A DNA stretch of 64,000 nt. It comes from Octopus sinensis. Lineage: Eukaryota. A program made the translations under genes and the position numbers. This document shows, one piece after another, positions 51,993 through 64,000 of this stretch (within the stretch, counting starts at the first letter, position 1; the number at the start of each line of letters is the position of its first letter). The DNA is taken from positions 2,852,001 through 2,916,000 of the forward strand of contig NC_043026.1 in NCBI RefSeq assembly GCF_006345805.1, read 5' to 3'. Below the pieces are notes generated by a model, which made no database searches, was not told the DNA's origin, and worked only from the letters and a program-made list of their open reading frames with translations.

Positions 51993-53314
51993 CAGGGTGT
52001 CCATAAAGTCTTTATATAATCTAAAAATTTTATTGCAAAGACAAATGATAAGATATCTTCATCAAACTTGTTCCATTGTATTCAGTGGTTTTCGAAGTTT
52101 TTTTTATCTCGTTTAATACACCTCTGTATGGGCACCATTAGTCGCACAAAGCACATCAAGACGGTACTTGATTTCTTGCCATGTTTGCTGCAGCATGGCC
52201 TCATCAATGGTTGTAATCACAACTCTTGTATTTTGCTTTAGTACAGTAATGTCCCATTTCTTTGTTCAATAGACAATATCTTTGACAAAGCCCCGTAGAA
52301 AGCAATCCAGAGGTGTGATATCTGGTGAATGTGGTGGCTATAAAATTGGTCCATTCCTTCAGTCCAATGGTCTGGAAGTTTTTGGTTGAGGAACTCACAC
52401 ACATGCAGCCCCCAATGTGGTAGGCCACTATCTTGTTGGAAAACGATGGTCGTCGGTTGAAGGTCCTGGAATTGGGGTGCCACATATTCAGTCAAAAGGT
52501 CAAGGTAGACATTTGCAGTAATTAATCTCTCTTTGAAGAAAAATGGACCAATAATTCGACTGCATATAACCCCCCCCCCCCCCCCCCGCCATTCACTTTG
52601 GGCCTATCTCACTGAACTTCTCTAGTCACGGGGGGGATGTTTCTGATCTCCAGATTCTCACCTTGTGTTTGTTCAGTTCCCCTGAAACAAACTCACCTGA
52701 GGAATGTTTCATCTTCAGAAATTAGTTGCAGCATATGAAGTGCAAACTGTTTTCATCTTGGTTTCTCGTCTGGTTCGATTGCCTGCAGGAGTTGCACTTG
52801 GTAAGCGTACAATCGCAGGTTCTTGTGTAGGGCCTTGTCTACTGTTGAACGTGGTAGCTCTGTCTGGCAGCAGTACGGATGGACTTTGTGGGAGAACGGG
52901 AAAAGGTTTCTCTTACGCAATCAATGTTTTCCTCAGATGTTCTTGGTCGCCCACTCCTTTTTCTATCGAACACTCTCCCTGTCTCCACAAATCTCTTGTG
53001 CCATGCACGAATTAATGGACAACATGGTGGATCTCTTCCATACTTTGTTCTGTAGTTTCGTTAAGTCTGCGTATTTGATTTTGTCTCAATAAACCATGAT
53101 ACGCATTGTACCTTCTCTTGAGGAGTAGCCATTTCTTAGGGGTTCGTTAAAAAAATGCCTCTTTAATCTGCAGGATGCTTGAAACACAAAAATGCAATGT
53201 GATTAAAAAATGTGAAAACCACTGAGGACAACAGAACAGGTCTGATCCAGATGTCAGATCAGTTGCCTTTGTAATAAACTTTTTAAATTGTAAAAAGACT
53301 TTATGGACACCCTG
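51993..53314 (-). mobile_element. Tc1/mariner element with a decayed transposase
   Basis: 21-bp perfect TIR CAGGGTGTCCATAAAGTCTTT with TA duplications; remnants MATPQEKVQCVSWFIET...RSGRPR and FQQD...HW. Confidence 0.88.
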
Positions 53315-54251
53315 TACATTTAATAGGGTGTTGAAATATTCCTAGCTTTAAAGGTATCACAAAAGGCCAGCCATCTAAGTTCTTTTACAGGGCTTAGAGA
53401 AACTGAAGGACTTCTGAATCTGAGAGCGTTTCGGTAGGCGGGCAGGTGGGTGTGACAGTGGTATGTTGTTTGCTTTCCAAAGACATGGTTTGGGGTTCTG
53501 TCCCACTGCATGGCACCTTGTCTAAGTGTTTTCTACTACAGCCACTGACTGACTAGAGACTTGTTAATTGATGTGGTAGACAGAAACTAATAGAAGCCTG
53601 TCATATATACATATGGTTTGCTGGCAGTGGCACCTGGGAGACATTCCCTCCCATTCACTTTTCAGATAGCCACTATCTGTGTGAACACCTCATGAGGCAA
53701 TGGCCTACATTATAAACCCCAATTCACTTGCAATGTATGTATGCATGTGTGTGTGTATGTATGTGTGAGAACATCGTTGTCTTCGTCTGCCGATAAAGGC
53801 ATTTTTTCCAACTACGCCAGCTAAACTAAGTTGTACTGTCTATTAGTCGTAAGACACCTGCTGTTTTTGTCCTGCTTTTACCATTATTGTTTTTTGTATT
53901 TTATATTCGTGTGGCATCATCCGTTTTTCTGTCCCTGTTTCGTATACATTCGATCCTTTTTCCAAGAAATCTAATGCTCATAGCTTAGTTTTTCCTTGGG
54001 GCTGGCCGGATCGGAGTGATCTCAAGATTAATCAGCCGAAATTGCTAGGATGATCCGGTTCTTGACTGAAGATTGAAGGCTTCGAATGTCCCGTCCGTGT
54101 TTTTTGTATCGTCTTCTAAATGTTTTACGTTCTTGTCCCAGTTTGTATTTTTCTACATATAATATATATATATATATATATATGACCGCGTGTGTATCGT
54201 TGGCGATTTTCTTTCTCCGTCTTCCCTTCCTTGGACCTTTCCTTTTTCTAT

Positions 54252-54286
54252 GTTTCTGACGAAGAGCTCCGCTCGAAACGTTAAAT
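54252..54286 (+). ncRNA. Minimal hammerhead-like motif in a dispersed repeat
   Basis: GTTT-CTGACGA-A-GAGC-tcc-GCTC-GAAA-CGTT-AAAT. Confidence 0.45.
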
Positions 54287-54563
54287 CCTCCTTCTTTCTT
54301 CCCTTTCCTGAGCGTCCAATAACACTATACTTGTTCCACGTCCTCGCGTCTTCTCTTTGTTCATGTTTGGATTAACTATATGTATATATTCTGATGAAGG
54401 AGGCCAAACTTATGGTAAAATCTCTCGGTGACTGTTTACTGGTTCCATACCCAACACCTTTTGAACATTCCATAATTATGTAACTCTCAGCTTTCTGAAA
54501 CAGTCGTCAAGTTAAGAAATTATGATATGCTCTCCTTAATATTCTACATTTTTTAATACTATG

Positions 54564-54613
<50 letters not shown>

Positions 54614-54762
54614 TATACACACATCATCATTTAACATCCAACTTCTGTGCACTCTCTCTCTCTCTCTCATATATCTATATGTATATATATATATTTTTTT
54701 TTTTTTTCTTGTCTATTCATTTGCCTATTTTTCTGTCATCAAAAACGAAAATATAATTCAGA

Positions 54763-54843
<81 letters not shown>

Positions 54844-54919
54844 TACACACGTGTTTGTGTGTATGTATAATTGTGATATAACTATTTAATTTGTTATTCC
54901 AATTACTTTTCGATCTCAG

Positions 54920-55063
54920 CTGATCAAGCCTCCCGTGGACACAAGGGCTCTGGCTTTCCTGTCTTCTGTGGCTGGGGATGTACTGAGCAGACACTTAGGA
55001 AAGATCTTGCCAGCGCTACTCTCATCCCTCAGCAGTGCAGTTGGTACACCCAGAGAAGAAGAG
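54920..55063 (+). CDS. GCN1: GCN1 exon w18 (LIKPPVDTRALAFLSSVAGD...GTPREEE)
   Basis: cag|CTG, GAG|gtgagc. Confidence 0.95.
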
Positions 55064-55449
55064 GTGAGCAACCACATTTGTACATTTCTCGTTGTTGTTG
55101 TTGTTATCATCGTTGTCTTGAGTCGCTGGAGTATCAGGCAACATCTCTCATTCTATTTTCATCTCATGGCCCCTTTTTATTTTTTTCTGCATCTTCTGCA
55201 CTCATATCCTGCAGGTTCAACTTGGCCTTTTATAACTGCAGAATTGATAAAATAAAGTACCAGTTAAATATTGGGGTCAGTATAATTGGCGTCTCCTCGT
55301 CCCCACAAATTTCTGGCCTTGCAATTATGTTAGAACAATTATAAAAGTACCAGTGAGACACTGGGGTCACTCTAATCAACGCATCCCCTCCCTACAAAAT
55401 TGTTGCCCTTGTGGAAAAATTTGAAACCATTATTATTATTATTATTATT

Positions 55450-55775
55450 ACTCTGAGCTCCTGGGAGAGTGCAGCAGGGGATCGCAGCAAATGGAGGAAA
55501 ATGTGTTTTCTAAAGACTAGAGAATTTGAAAGTAACCATCTTCGTCATAGGGACGCCCTTCATGCAAATTTGAAAGCAACGCATCATCAGCAAAATCCAC
55601 CAAACAATGACTGTGTGTGTCACAGAGAGGTTTAAAGCACGAAGCAAAGCTGGGTTCGCTGTCCACTCGAGAAGACATTTTGAACCAACGAATACATGCA
55701 GGTGTACCATTTGTGAGAAAGTGTGCAAGGCATCTGCTGGATTCAAGGTACACATGCGGTGTCACAAGGCTTAGG
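55450..55775 (+). mobile_element. RTE/BovB-like LINE 3' end
   Basis: WESAAGDRSKWR; CTICEKVCK...KVHMRCH zinc-finger remnant. Confidence 0.7.
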
Positions 55776-56741
55776 AATTGTTGAAGGTTTTTTAATGAAC
55801 CCTCATTCATCGTCTTCGATGAGAGAATCCACCATTATTATTGCTATTGAAGGCAATGAGCTGGCAGAATCATTAAGATACTGGACGAAATGCTTCGTGG
55901 TATTTTCTCTGTCGCTACATTGTGAGTTCAAATTCTGCCTTTCGTCTTTTCGGGGTCAATGTAATCGACCGTCCCCCTCCCCCCAAATTTGAGGTCTTGT
56001 GCCTCCAGTAGAAAGGATTATTATTATTATTACAGTGGCAAGCTGACAGAATTGTTATTGCACCTGTCAAAAGCTGCAATGAGTTGCTGCGTTGTTTGCA
56101 CAATCATCATCATCATCAATTGACATGTTTTCCATGCTGGCATGGGTTGGACGGTTTAACTGGAGCTGACCACAGCTGCCCTGACTCCATAATCCGTTTT
56201 GGCCTGGTTCCTAATGCTGACCCCTTTACAGAGTGTACCAGGTGCTTTCAGGCGGCACCAGCACCCACAAGCCTGCAAGGTTAGGATCTCTTAGTTAGGA
56301 TGTAGGGGACAGGCTTGTATGCAAGGGCAGCCACATTGTGGGCAATATATGACCAGCATTGTCCAAACAACCTTAGGTTTAACATTAGGTTCAGAAATCA
56401 CGTAAGGCTAGGGCTGTGTTGTATGACCCCTACACAATTCAGGATCACAACACATAAACCCAAAGCAATATAATCTCTTCTCCTCAAATGGGCCCTACTC
56501 TATATAACATTAGCCAAAAACAAATCAAAGAAGAAAAAGGTCCCATCCCCTTTAAATGAAACCTGTACAAATTTCTTTGAGGGATACCAAATAAGCCACC
56601 AATACCTCATTCAACAACTCCCTGCTCAAATGGGCCTTGATACCACAATTTCACTTGAAAATGATTTAACAGAGGGTGATATTAGGCTAGTCATGGCCTG
56701 GCTAATCTTGGACCGAAACGTATCTAAGTTGTATACGTATA

Positions 56742-57027
56742 TCTTTATATATTAAACTGTAGTTGTGTGTGTATCTGTCTACTCCAATTTAGATTCCTAA
56801 CTACTCCCACATTTTGCGGTGCAGTTTAACCAAAACCGGGTATCTTATAGTCGTGATTCATATTGAGCCCTTCTGGGTATTAGTGCGCGTCTACGATGAG
56901 TCTACGATTTAAAAAAAATTTACCATCATTTTTCCCCATTTTTAATTCATTTTTCGATCGGTTTTATATAAGGGAAGTAACTCTCTAAAAACGCTTATAT
57001 AGTTATTTCCCTTACAAACCCTGCTAG
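56742..57027 (+). mobile_element. Helitron H1 lacking the 3' hairpin
   Basis: A|TC start, CTAG|T end; ACAAACCC joins directly to TGCTAG. Confidence 0.75.
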
Positions 57028-57352
57028 TGTTATATATACACACGTATATAAGGCGGCGGGCTGGCAGACACGTTAGCGCACCGGGCGAAATGCTTAGCGG
57101 TATTTCGTCTGCCACTATGTTCTGAGATCAAATTCTGCTGAGGTCAACTTTGCCTTTCATCCTTTCGGGGTTGATAAATAAAGTACCAGTTTCGCACTGG
57201 GGTCGATATAATCGGCTCAATCCCTTCGTCTGTCCTTGTTTGTCCCCTCTATGTTTAGCCCCTTCTGGGCAGTAAAGAGATATATATATACACACGTAGA
57301 GATGTAATATATGAATAATAAATGTAACTATATATATATTGGTTTTCTACAG

Positions 57353-57628
57353 GAATTGGACTACTGTGAGTCGGTGGTTTTATCGGTCACCGATGATATT
57401 GGAATCAACACTATCCTCACCGAACTTCTCTCTGCTGCCAACAACCCCAACAGCTCGGCAGAGACCTGTTGTGCAGCTGTGAGCATTCTGAAAGTGTTCT
57501 GTGGCAAGACAAAGGCTGATTATTCTGCCTGTTGCTCTCAGCTGCTACGCACGCTCATTGCACTCTTCACGCACTCAGACGAACGTGTGCTGCTAGCGTC
57601 TTGGAAATGCTTGGATGCCATTGCTAAG
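57353..57628 (+). CDS. GCN1: GCN1 exon w19 (ELDYCESVVLSV...SWKCLDAIAK)
   Basis: cag|GAA, AAG|gtaagt. Confidence 0.93.
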
Positions 57629-57661
57629 GTAAGTGGTGGGCATGGTGGGACATCATTTTAA

Positions 57662-57883
57662 CCCTTTTGTCACTAACTCGGCTGAAACCAGCTCTGGCTC
57701 TGTAGTACAAATGTCTTGTTTTCATAAGTTTTGAATTAAAATCTTCCACCAAACCTTAGTCACAATTTATGTTCCTAACACTAGCTGAATGATAACGAAG
57801 TTATTTTATTAAATTCTTTGTTATATTTAAAATTAATTGAAAGAAACACAAAGCATTTCAACAGAAATACAGTAACGAAGGGG
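57662..57883 (-). mobile_element. Solo piggyBac-like MITE
   Basis: TTAA|CCCTTTTG...CGAAGGGG|TTAA. Confidence 0.8.
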
Positions 57884-57949
57884 TTAAGGGGTCATTTGAT
57901 TGAAGTCAGGTTTTATTGAATAAGATTGTTTGGAGTTGAGTGAGATCAT

Positions 57950-58512
57950 TAAGTTTAGCTGAGTACAGCCTGGTGGAGTGTAGATGATTAAAGCTTGATG
58001 GGGTTTAGCTAAGTAAGGCTTGGTGGGGTTAAGTAAAGCTTCATTGAGTTTAGCTGAGTACAGCCTGGTGGAGTGTAGATGATTAAAGCTTGATGGGGTT
58101 TAGCTAAGTAAGGCTTGGTGGGGTTAAGTAAAGCTTCATTGAGTTTAGCTGAGTACAGCCTGGTGGAGTGTAGATGATTAAAGCTTGATGGGGTTAGCTA
58201 AGTAAGGCTTGGTGGGGTTAAGTAAAGCTTCATTGAGTTTAGCTGAGTACAGCCTGGTGGAGTGTAGATGATTAAAGCTTGATGGGGTTTAGCTAAGTAA
58301 GGCTTGGTGGGGTTAAGTAAAGCTTCATTGAGTTTAGCTGAGTACAGCCTGGTGGAGTGTAGATGATAAAGCTTGATGGGGTTTAGCTAAGTAAGGCTTG
58401 GTGGGGTTAAGTAAAGCTTCATTGAGTTTAGCTGAGTACAGCCTGATGGAGTGTAGATGATTAAAGCTTGATGGGGTTTAGCTAAGTAAAGCTTCATTGA
58501 GTTTAGCTGGGT
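57950..58512. repeat. ~95-bp minisatellite, about 6 copies, with internal subrepeats
   Basis: GAGTACAGCC at 57961, 58056, 58151, 58245, 58340 and 58434. Confidence 0.93.
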
Positions 58513-59086
58513 ATAAAGCTTGGTTGATTTCTATTTTTTGTGAGATGGAATGTGCTCATTTAGTGGGGGAAGGTGAAAAGTTTGATGGAAAGCCCAAGGA
58601 AGGTGATTGGAGGTGGTCAAACAATGGAGGGACAAAAGGTAAGTTGAGAGAGAGAGAGAGAATGAATATATATTTCTGTGTGAGCATCTGTGTTTTTATA
58701 TATATATGTGTGTTGTGTATATATACACACACACACACACACCCAAGTGTGCATATATTTGTGTGTGTAGTAAACATTCCGTTTTCCAAAATGCTTGGAT
58801 CTGAAGCATACTTAATATATATGTACACACATAATCTTCACACACATACATATATATATATACATATACACACACACATATACACATACACACCCACACA
58901 GCAGAATTGAGATCCTAAACCCAAGGTGCCATGTAAAAAGCACCCAGTCCATTCTGGAGTGGTTGGCATTTAGAAAGGCACCGAGTTGTAGAAGCCAAAA
59001 CAGAAAACAGGAACCAGATGCAGCTTCTGTCAAATCAATCCCAGCATGGAAAACGGACATTCAATGTTGGTGATATATACATATAT

Positions 59087-59978
59087 ATCATCATCATCAT
59101 CGTTTAACGTCCGCTTTCCATGCTGTCATGGGTTGGACGATTTTGACTGAGGGCTGGCAAACCAGATCGCTGCACCAGACTCCAATCTTGATCTGGCAGT
59201 TTCTGCAGCTGGATGCCCTTCCTAACGCCAACCACTCCGAGAGTGTAGTGGGTGCTTTTTACGTGCCACCAGCACGGGGGCCAGTCAGGCGGAACTGGCA
59301 CCCACCTCGCTCGAATCTTTTTACACATACCACCAGCACAGGTGCCAGTAAGGCGATGTTCGTAACGATCACGCTCGAATGGTGCCCTTTTATGTGCCAC
59401 TGGTACGGAAGCCGGTTAGCCACTCTGTCAATGATCGTATGGTGGTCTTTGCACCCTGCCGGCACGAACGCCAGTCATCGAATTTGATCTTGATTTTGAT
59501 TTGATTTCACTTGCATCAACAGGTCTTCGCAAGCAGAGTTTAAGTCATCCAAAGAAGGAAAAGGTATGCATAAGTGGGCTGGTTACACCTTTGGCATAGG
59601 CCATGAGGTTATGGTCTCATTTGGTTTGCCGAGTCTTCTCACGCACGGCATATTTCCTAAAGTCACGGTCACTAGTCATTTCCTTGGTGAGGCCTAAAGT
59701 TTGAAGGTCATGCTTCACCACTTCATCTCAGGTCTTCCTGGGTCTACCTTTTCCTCAACCGCTATGGTGTGGCACTTTTTCACACAGCTGTCCTCATCCA
59801 TTCTCACCACATGACCATACAAGCACAGTTGTCTCTCTTGCACACCCCATCTGATGCTTCTTAGGTCCAACTTTTCTCTCAAGGTACCTACACTCTGTCG
59901 AGTATGCACACTGACATTACACATCCATCGGAGCCTACTGGATTCATTCCTTGCGAGCTTACACGTCCTCAGCAGTCA
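59087..59978 (-). mobile_element. 5'-truncated RTE LINE: ORF end + ~600-nt 3' UTR + (GAT)n tail
   Basis: MCNVSVH...LREKLDLRSIR.GVQER.L.LYGHVVRMDEDSCVKKC runs on into the common CATCATCGTTTAACGTCCGCTTTCCATGC repeat. Confidence 0.82.
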
Positions 59979-61429
59979 CACACACACACACACATATATA
60001 TATACATACATAAACACACGCATACACTCACACACATACACACATGTATATGCAGGTGTTGGTGTGGGTAAAATGTTTGTTTCCCGATCACATGGTTCCA
60101 GGTTCAGTCCCACTGTCTGGCACCTTGCACAAGTGTCTTCTATTTTAGCCCCAGCCTGACCAAATCTTTGAGAATGGATTTTGGTAAACTGAAAGAAACC
60201 CGTGCCTCTGTCTGTATCTTCGTCTCTCCTTATCTTGACACCATGTGACGCTTGTAAACGATTGTCTCTACCACACCTGACAAAAGCACATCCTTACCAT
60301 CGCTAGGGCTACGCCTCAAAGGCTAGGCCCCTTCTCTTTACAGCCAGAAGATACCTCATCCCCTAACCATTATTCATTCTTTATTAAACACACAGCTGAG
60401 GCCCACAATGGAGTCTTTCTTTCAATCATCTGGGACAATGCTTCTGCTGTACACACACACCCTAGATTACCAGAAAAGGGGCCACTAGACTTCTAGGCAT
60501 ACTCCAGGGTCTTGCCCAGAGGTGTGTTGAGTCTCCTCTCTGCCTTTTCAACTTCTACTGTAATGGCCTCTGCTCTTAAGAAGCTTCATGTTGTCTTCAA
60601 TCAGATATTCCCTTTCTTTTTCTCATCAGCTTCGTTGTATCAAACCCTGCACTGACTCCTGTGCCCACTTTTCCCACCCACACTGTTATCCCTTTGAAAT
60701 TCCTTCTTTGTTCTTACTGTTCCACTCTTGTTGACTTACAAAAGTTGAAAACTTACATTGGAGGAAGACAAGGCAGTAGGGGGTGTCCTTTCTTCCAGCC
60801 CTGGCAGCTAAAAATTAACAGTTACCATGAAGGTAGCTTCCTAATAAGTATGGCACAACTTCAGTTTCACAGGATAAACAACAGATTCAGTCACGGAATG
60901 CTTTGCTTGTTGTCCAAAACAAGTCCTCTTCCATACAACTCTTTCACTTCAGCATAAAACTGTTAGACATCACGTTTGGTTTCTGGTTCTCCTTTGGCTC
61001 AGCACATCCTACTTTCCCAGCCACCCTCTCCAAAATGAGTGAAGGGCGATATTTCGTGGTTCTTTACGTTCTGAGTTCAAATTCTGTCGAGGTTGACTTT
61101 GCCTTTCATCCTTTTGGGATCGATAAATTAAGTACTGGTTGCATACTGAGGTCAATCTAATTGACTGGCCCTCTCCCCCCAAAAAATTTCAGGACTTGTG
61201 CCTAATGGAATAATGTTTACTCCATGGTTTACAATTGTTTCATCAACTTCAATTGACCAATCAAACATCATGTCTGTAGACATTGGTGATAATGAAGAAT
61301 TAGTCATGTTTATTGTGTATGGCATATTATGTAACAGCACCAGTAATTGGTTCTTCAGAACCGTATGAATACAGTAATGCATGATTTTGTGTGTGTGTGT
61401 ATATAAATAAAATATTTCTCTTCTTGCAG

Positions 61430-61549
61430 GATCTAAAGAACATGGACACTGGCGAGACAATCCAACAGATACGTCAGGCCATCCGATTCGCTACATCAGA
61501 TTACAAAGGGACGGGTAAGGAATTACCTGGCTTCTGCCTCAGTGGGAAG
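61430..61549 (+). CDS. GCN1: GCN1 exon w20 (DLKNMD...ELPGFCLSGK)
   Basis: cag|GAT, AAG|gtaagt; PGFCL motif. Confidence 0.92.
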
Positions 61550-63005
61550 GTAAGTTGTCCACCTCATCTCAACCTCACTGACCCATTATTATACACCAGA
61601 CTGTCTGTGTGTCACAGTTTTGTCTATTATTATTTACTAGCCTGAAAAATTCATGGAAATTTATAAAAAATGTAAGCATGTGTAAATTGTGTGCAGGAGC
61701 CATGAGAAATATTTCTCTATTGTGACAGTTTAGGGCGAAATACTTAGCGGTATTTCGTGGTTCTTTACGTTCTGAGTTCAAATTCTGTCGAGGTTGACTT
61801 TGCCTTTCATCCTTCCAGGGTCGATAAATTAAGTACCAGTTATGCACTGGAGTCGATATAATCGACTTAATCCATCTTTCTGTCCTTGTTTGTCTCCTCA
61901 GTGTTTAGCGGCTTGTGGGTAGTAAAGAAATAGGTATTTTGTCTGTCTTTATATTCTGAGTTCAAATTCTGCGGAGGTCAACTTTCCCTTTCATCCAATA
62001 AATTAAGCAGCGATGTAATCAACTGGCCCCCTCACCACAAAAATTCCAGGACTTGTTCCTATAGTAGAGAAGTATATTGCAACAGTTACAAAATATAGAA
62101 AGAAGTGTAAAACTGATAACTAAATAATCCAGTCAAAATATCTCAGTTATGCAAACGTAAACGGAATTACTGTTTAACCTTAAAATACATTGTACATATT
62201 CAGAGAACCTTCTTGGTTTAGTAGTGCGGAACGTTTTTCTGGTTTTCTTTTAGTCATTTGGCAGTGGCCATGCTGGAGCACTGCCTTTTAGTTGAAGAAA
62301 CGAACCCATGGACTTATTCCCTATAAGCCTGGTGCTTATTCTATCATTCTCTTCCACTGAACAGCTAAATTACAAGGACGCAAACACACCAACATCAGTT
62401 GTCAATTAATGGTGGTGGGGGCACAAACACAGACACATTCAATAATTAAAACAAATTCAAAATTTAAATTTCGGAACATAAGACTTAACCTGTTATCTGG
62501 TGTATAACCGAATTCAAATGGGTAGAAGACCTAAAACAAATGTGTGTGTTGTTGGGGTTGGGCCCTTTAATAGCAAGGTATTTGTAAAGACACATGGCTT
62601 AGTGGTTAGGAGTGTTCAGCTCTCAGTCAAAAGGTTGTGAGGTCAATTCCTAGTGATATATCACATCCTTGAGCAAGACACTTTATTCCACATTGCTCCT
62701 GTCCACTCAGCTGGCAAAAGTGAGTTAGACCTATAAATCAAAGGGACCAGCCTTGTCACATTCTATGCCATGCAGAAATCTCCTTCAGAACAACGTTAAG
62801 GGTACACATGTCTGTGGAGTACTCAGCCACTTGCAAAATAATTTCATGAGCAGGCTGTTCCATTGATCAGATCATCTGGAACACTCATTGTCGTAACCAA
62901 CAGTGTGCCTCTGTGTGTGTGTGTGTGCGCGCGCCTGTGTGTGTGTGTGCCTGTGTGTGTGTGTGTGTATTATATTGAAGCTGTTTCTTTTTGTCTTCCC
63001 TGCAG

Positions 63006-63236
63006 AGCATCAGCCCTTTACTGCCAATTTTCCGTGAAGGTATTCTACACGGCAGCCCTGAACTGAAGGAAATGTCTGCCGAGGGTCTTGGTGAAATCAT
63101 TCAGCTGACCAGTGCTCCGGCCCTCTCACCATCGGTCATCAACATCACTGGACCACTCATTCGTATCCTGGGTGACCGCTACCCTTGCAATGTGAAAGTT
63201 GCAGTTCTGGAGACATTGAACCTTCTGTTGAATAAG
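63006..63236 (+). CDS. GCN1: GCN1 exon w21 (SISPLLPIFREGILHGSPE...LLLNK)
   Basis: cag|AGC, AAG|gtaagt; ITGPLIRILGDR motif. Confidence 0.96.
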
Positions 63237-64000
63237 GTAAGTCTATAAATGGAGGAGTTTGACCACTGGTCAAGATGCTTCCCATGGCGAGATAGGTTTC
63301 TTTCTCTCTCCTCCCTTCTCTAGCACTCCCTCTTCTCCCTTATCTTCTCTAGCTTTACCTCTCTCCCTGCTCTCTTCCTCTCCCCACCCTCTCTAGCTTT
63401 ACCCCATCCCCACCCCTCTCAATCTCCTCTAGCTCTCTGCCCTCTTTAGCTCTGCTCCATCCCCACTCCTCTCCTCACCCCCTCTAGCTCTCTTCCTGTC
63501 CCTACTCTCTTAGAAAAAGCTGCATCAATCCATTTCTATGGAAACAGAATGGTGAATTTTAAAATGATGATGACAGTGATTCACTTATTTCAATTTCCAT
63601 CAAGCAAATTTCTTAATAAGGTTTTGGTTTGCCTAGGGCTATAGTGAAAGACCCTTGCCCAAGGTGCCATGCCATGGGACTGAACCTGAAACCATTTGGT
63701 TGTAAAACAAACTCGTTAATCACAAGCGTCTATACCTGCATCTGTATGTATATATACACATCACAAACGCACACTCCCATGAGGTGGGGTACCAAAAAGC
63801 TTCTCCAACTAGTTCCGTAGTGCACCAACAGAGTTCCACTGCAGCGTTTTGAAGCGTTTGAGGGAGGACATCCAACGAAAGTGACCAGATCTATACAGCA
63901 TGAAGAACTGAATTCTGGACAACAGTGCACCCTTTCACCAAGCTCCCCTCACCTTCTGAGTTTCTTCCCAAAAGCATGGTATCGCTTCTGTACTTGCCTT

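Larger units (their letters stand above)
2275..63236 (+). other. GCN1: GCN1 gene body (internal part, 21 exons; 5' and 3' ends outside the window)
   Basis: Spliced translation is collinear with the vertebrate GCN1 HEAT region as I recall it (e.g. [63 protein letters not shown]). All introns are GT-AG with matching phases. Confidence 0.97.

Noticed and set aside
60180-61040. Possible decayed LINE RT sequence
   Set aside because: Too degenerate to assign by eye

Overview
AT-rich, repeat-dense animal genomic DNA, most likely an octopus (inferred from the SINE families and the kilobase-scale (TA)/(TATG) arrays). The window lies inside one + strand gene, GCN1 (HEAT-repeat activator of the GCN2 eIF2-alpha kinase). 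I can place 21 internal exons (2275-63236), all with GT-AG boundaries and matching phases, totalling 3714 nt (1238 codons). The start and stop codons lie outside the window. The introns hold tRNA-derived SINEs, RTE and CR1 LINE fragments, a decayed Chapaev3-like transposase, mariner/Tc1 elements and MITEs, non-autonomous Helitrons, piggyBac-like MITEs (four in tandem), minisatellites and many long inverted repeats. Most interesting: (1) a near-canonical type I hammerhead ribozyme at 1610-1680 (-), plus several related hammerhead-like motifs with palindromic stem III inside fold-back repeats, which resembles Penelope-like element architecture; (2) two independent duplications of a GCN1 exon end together with its 5' splice site, one inside a hairpin 67 nt upstream of the next acceptor. 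Most short ORFs in the track are microsatellite artefacts. Exon numbers are window-relative and repeat boundaries are approximate unless termini are quoted. No searches were run, so family names come from motif recognition.
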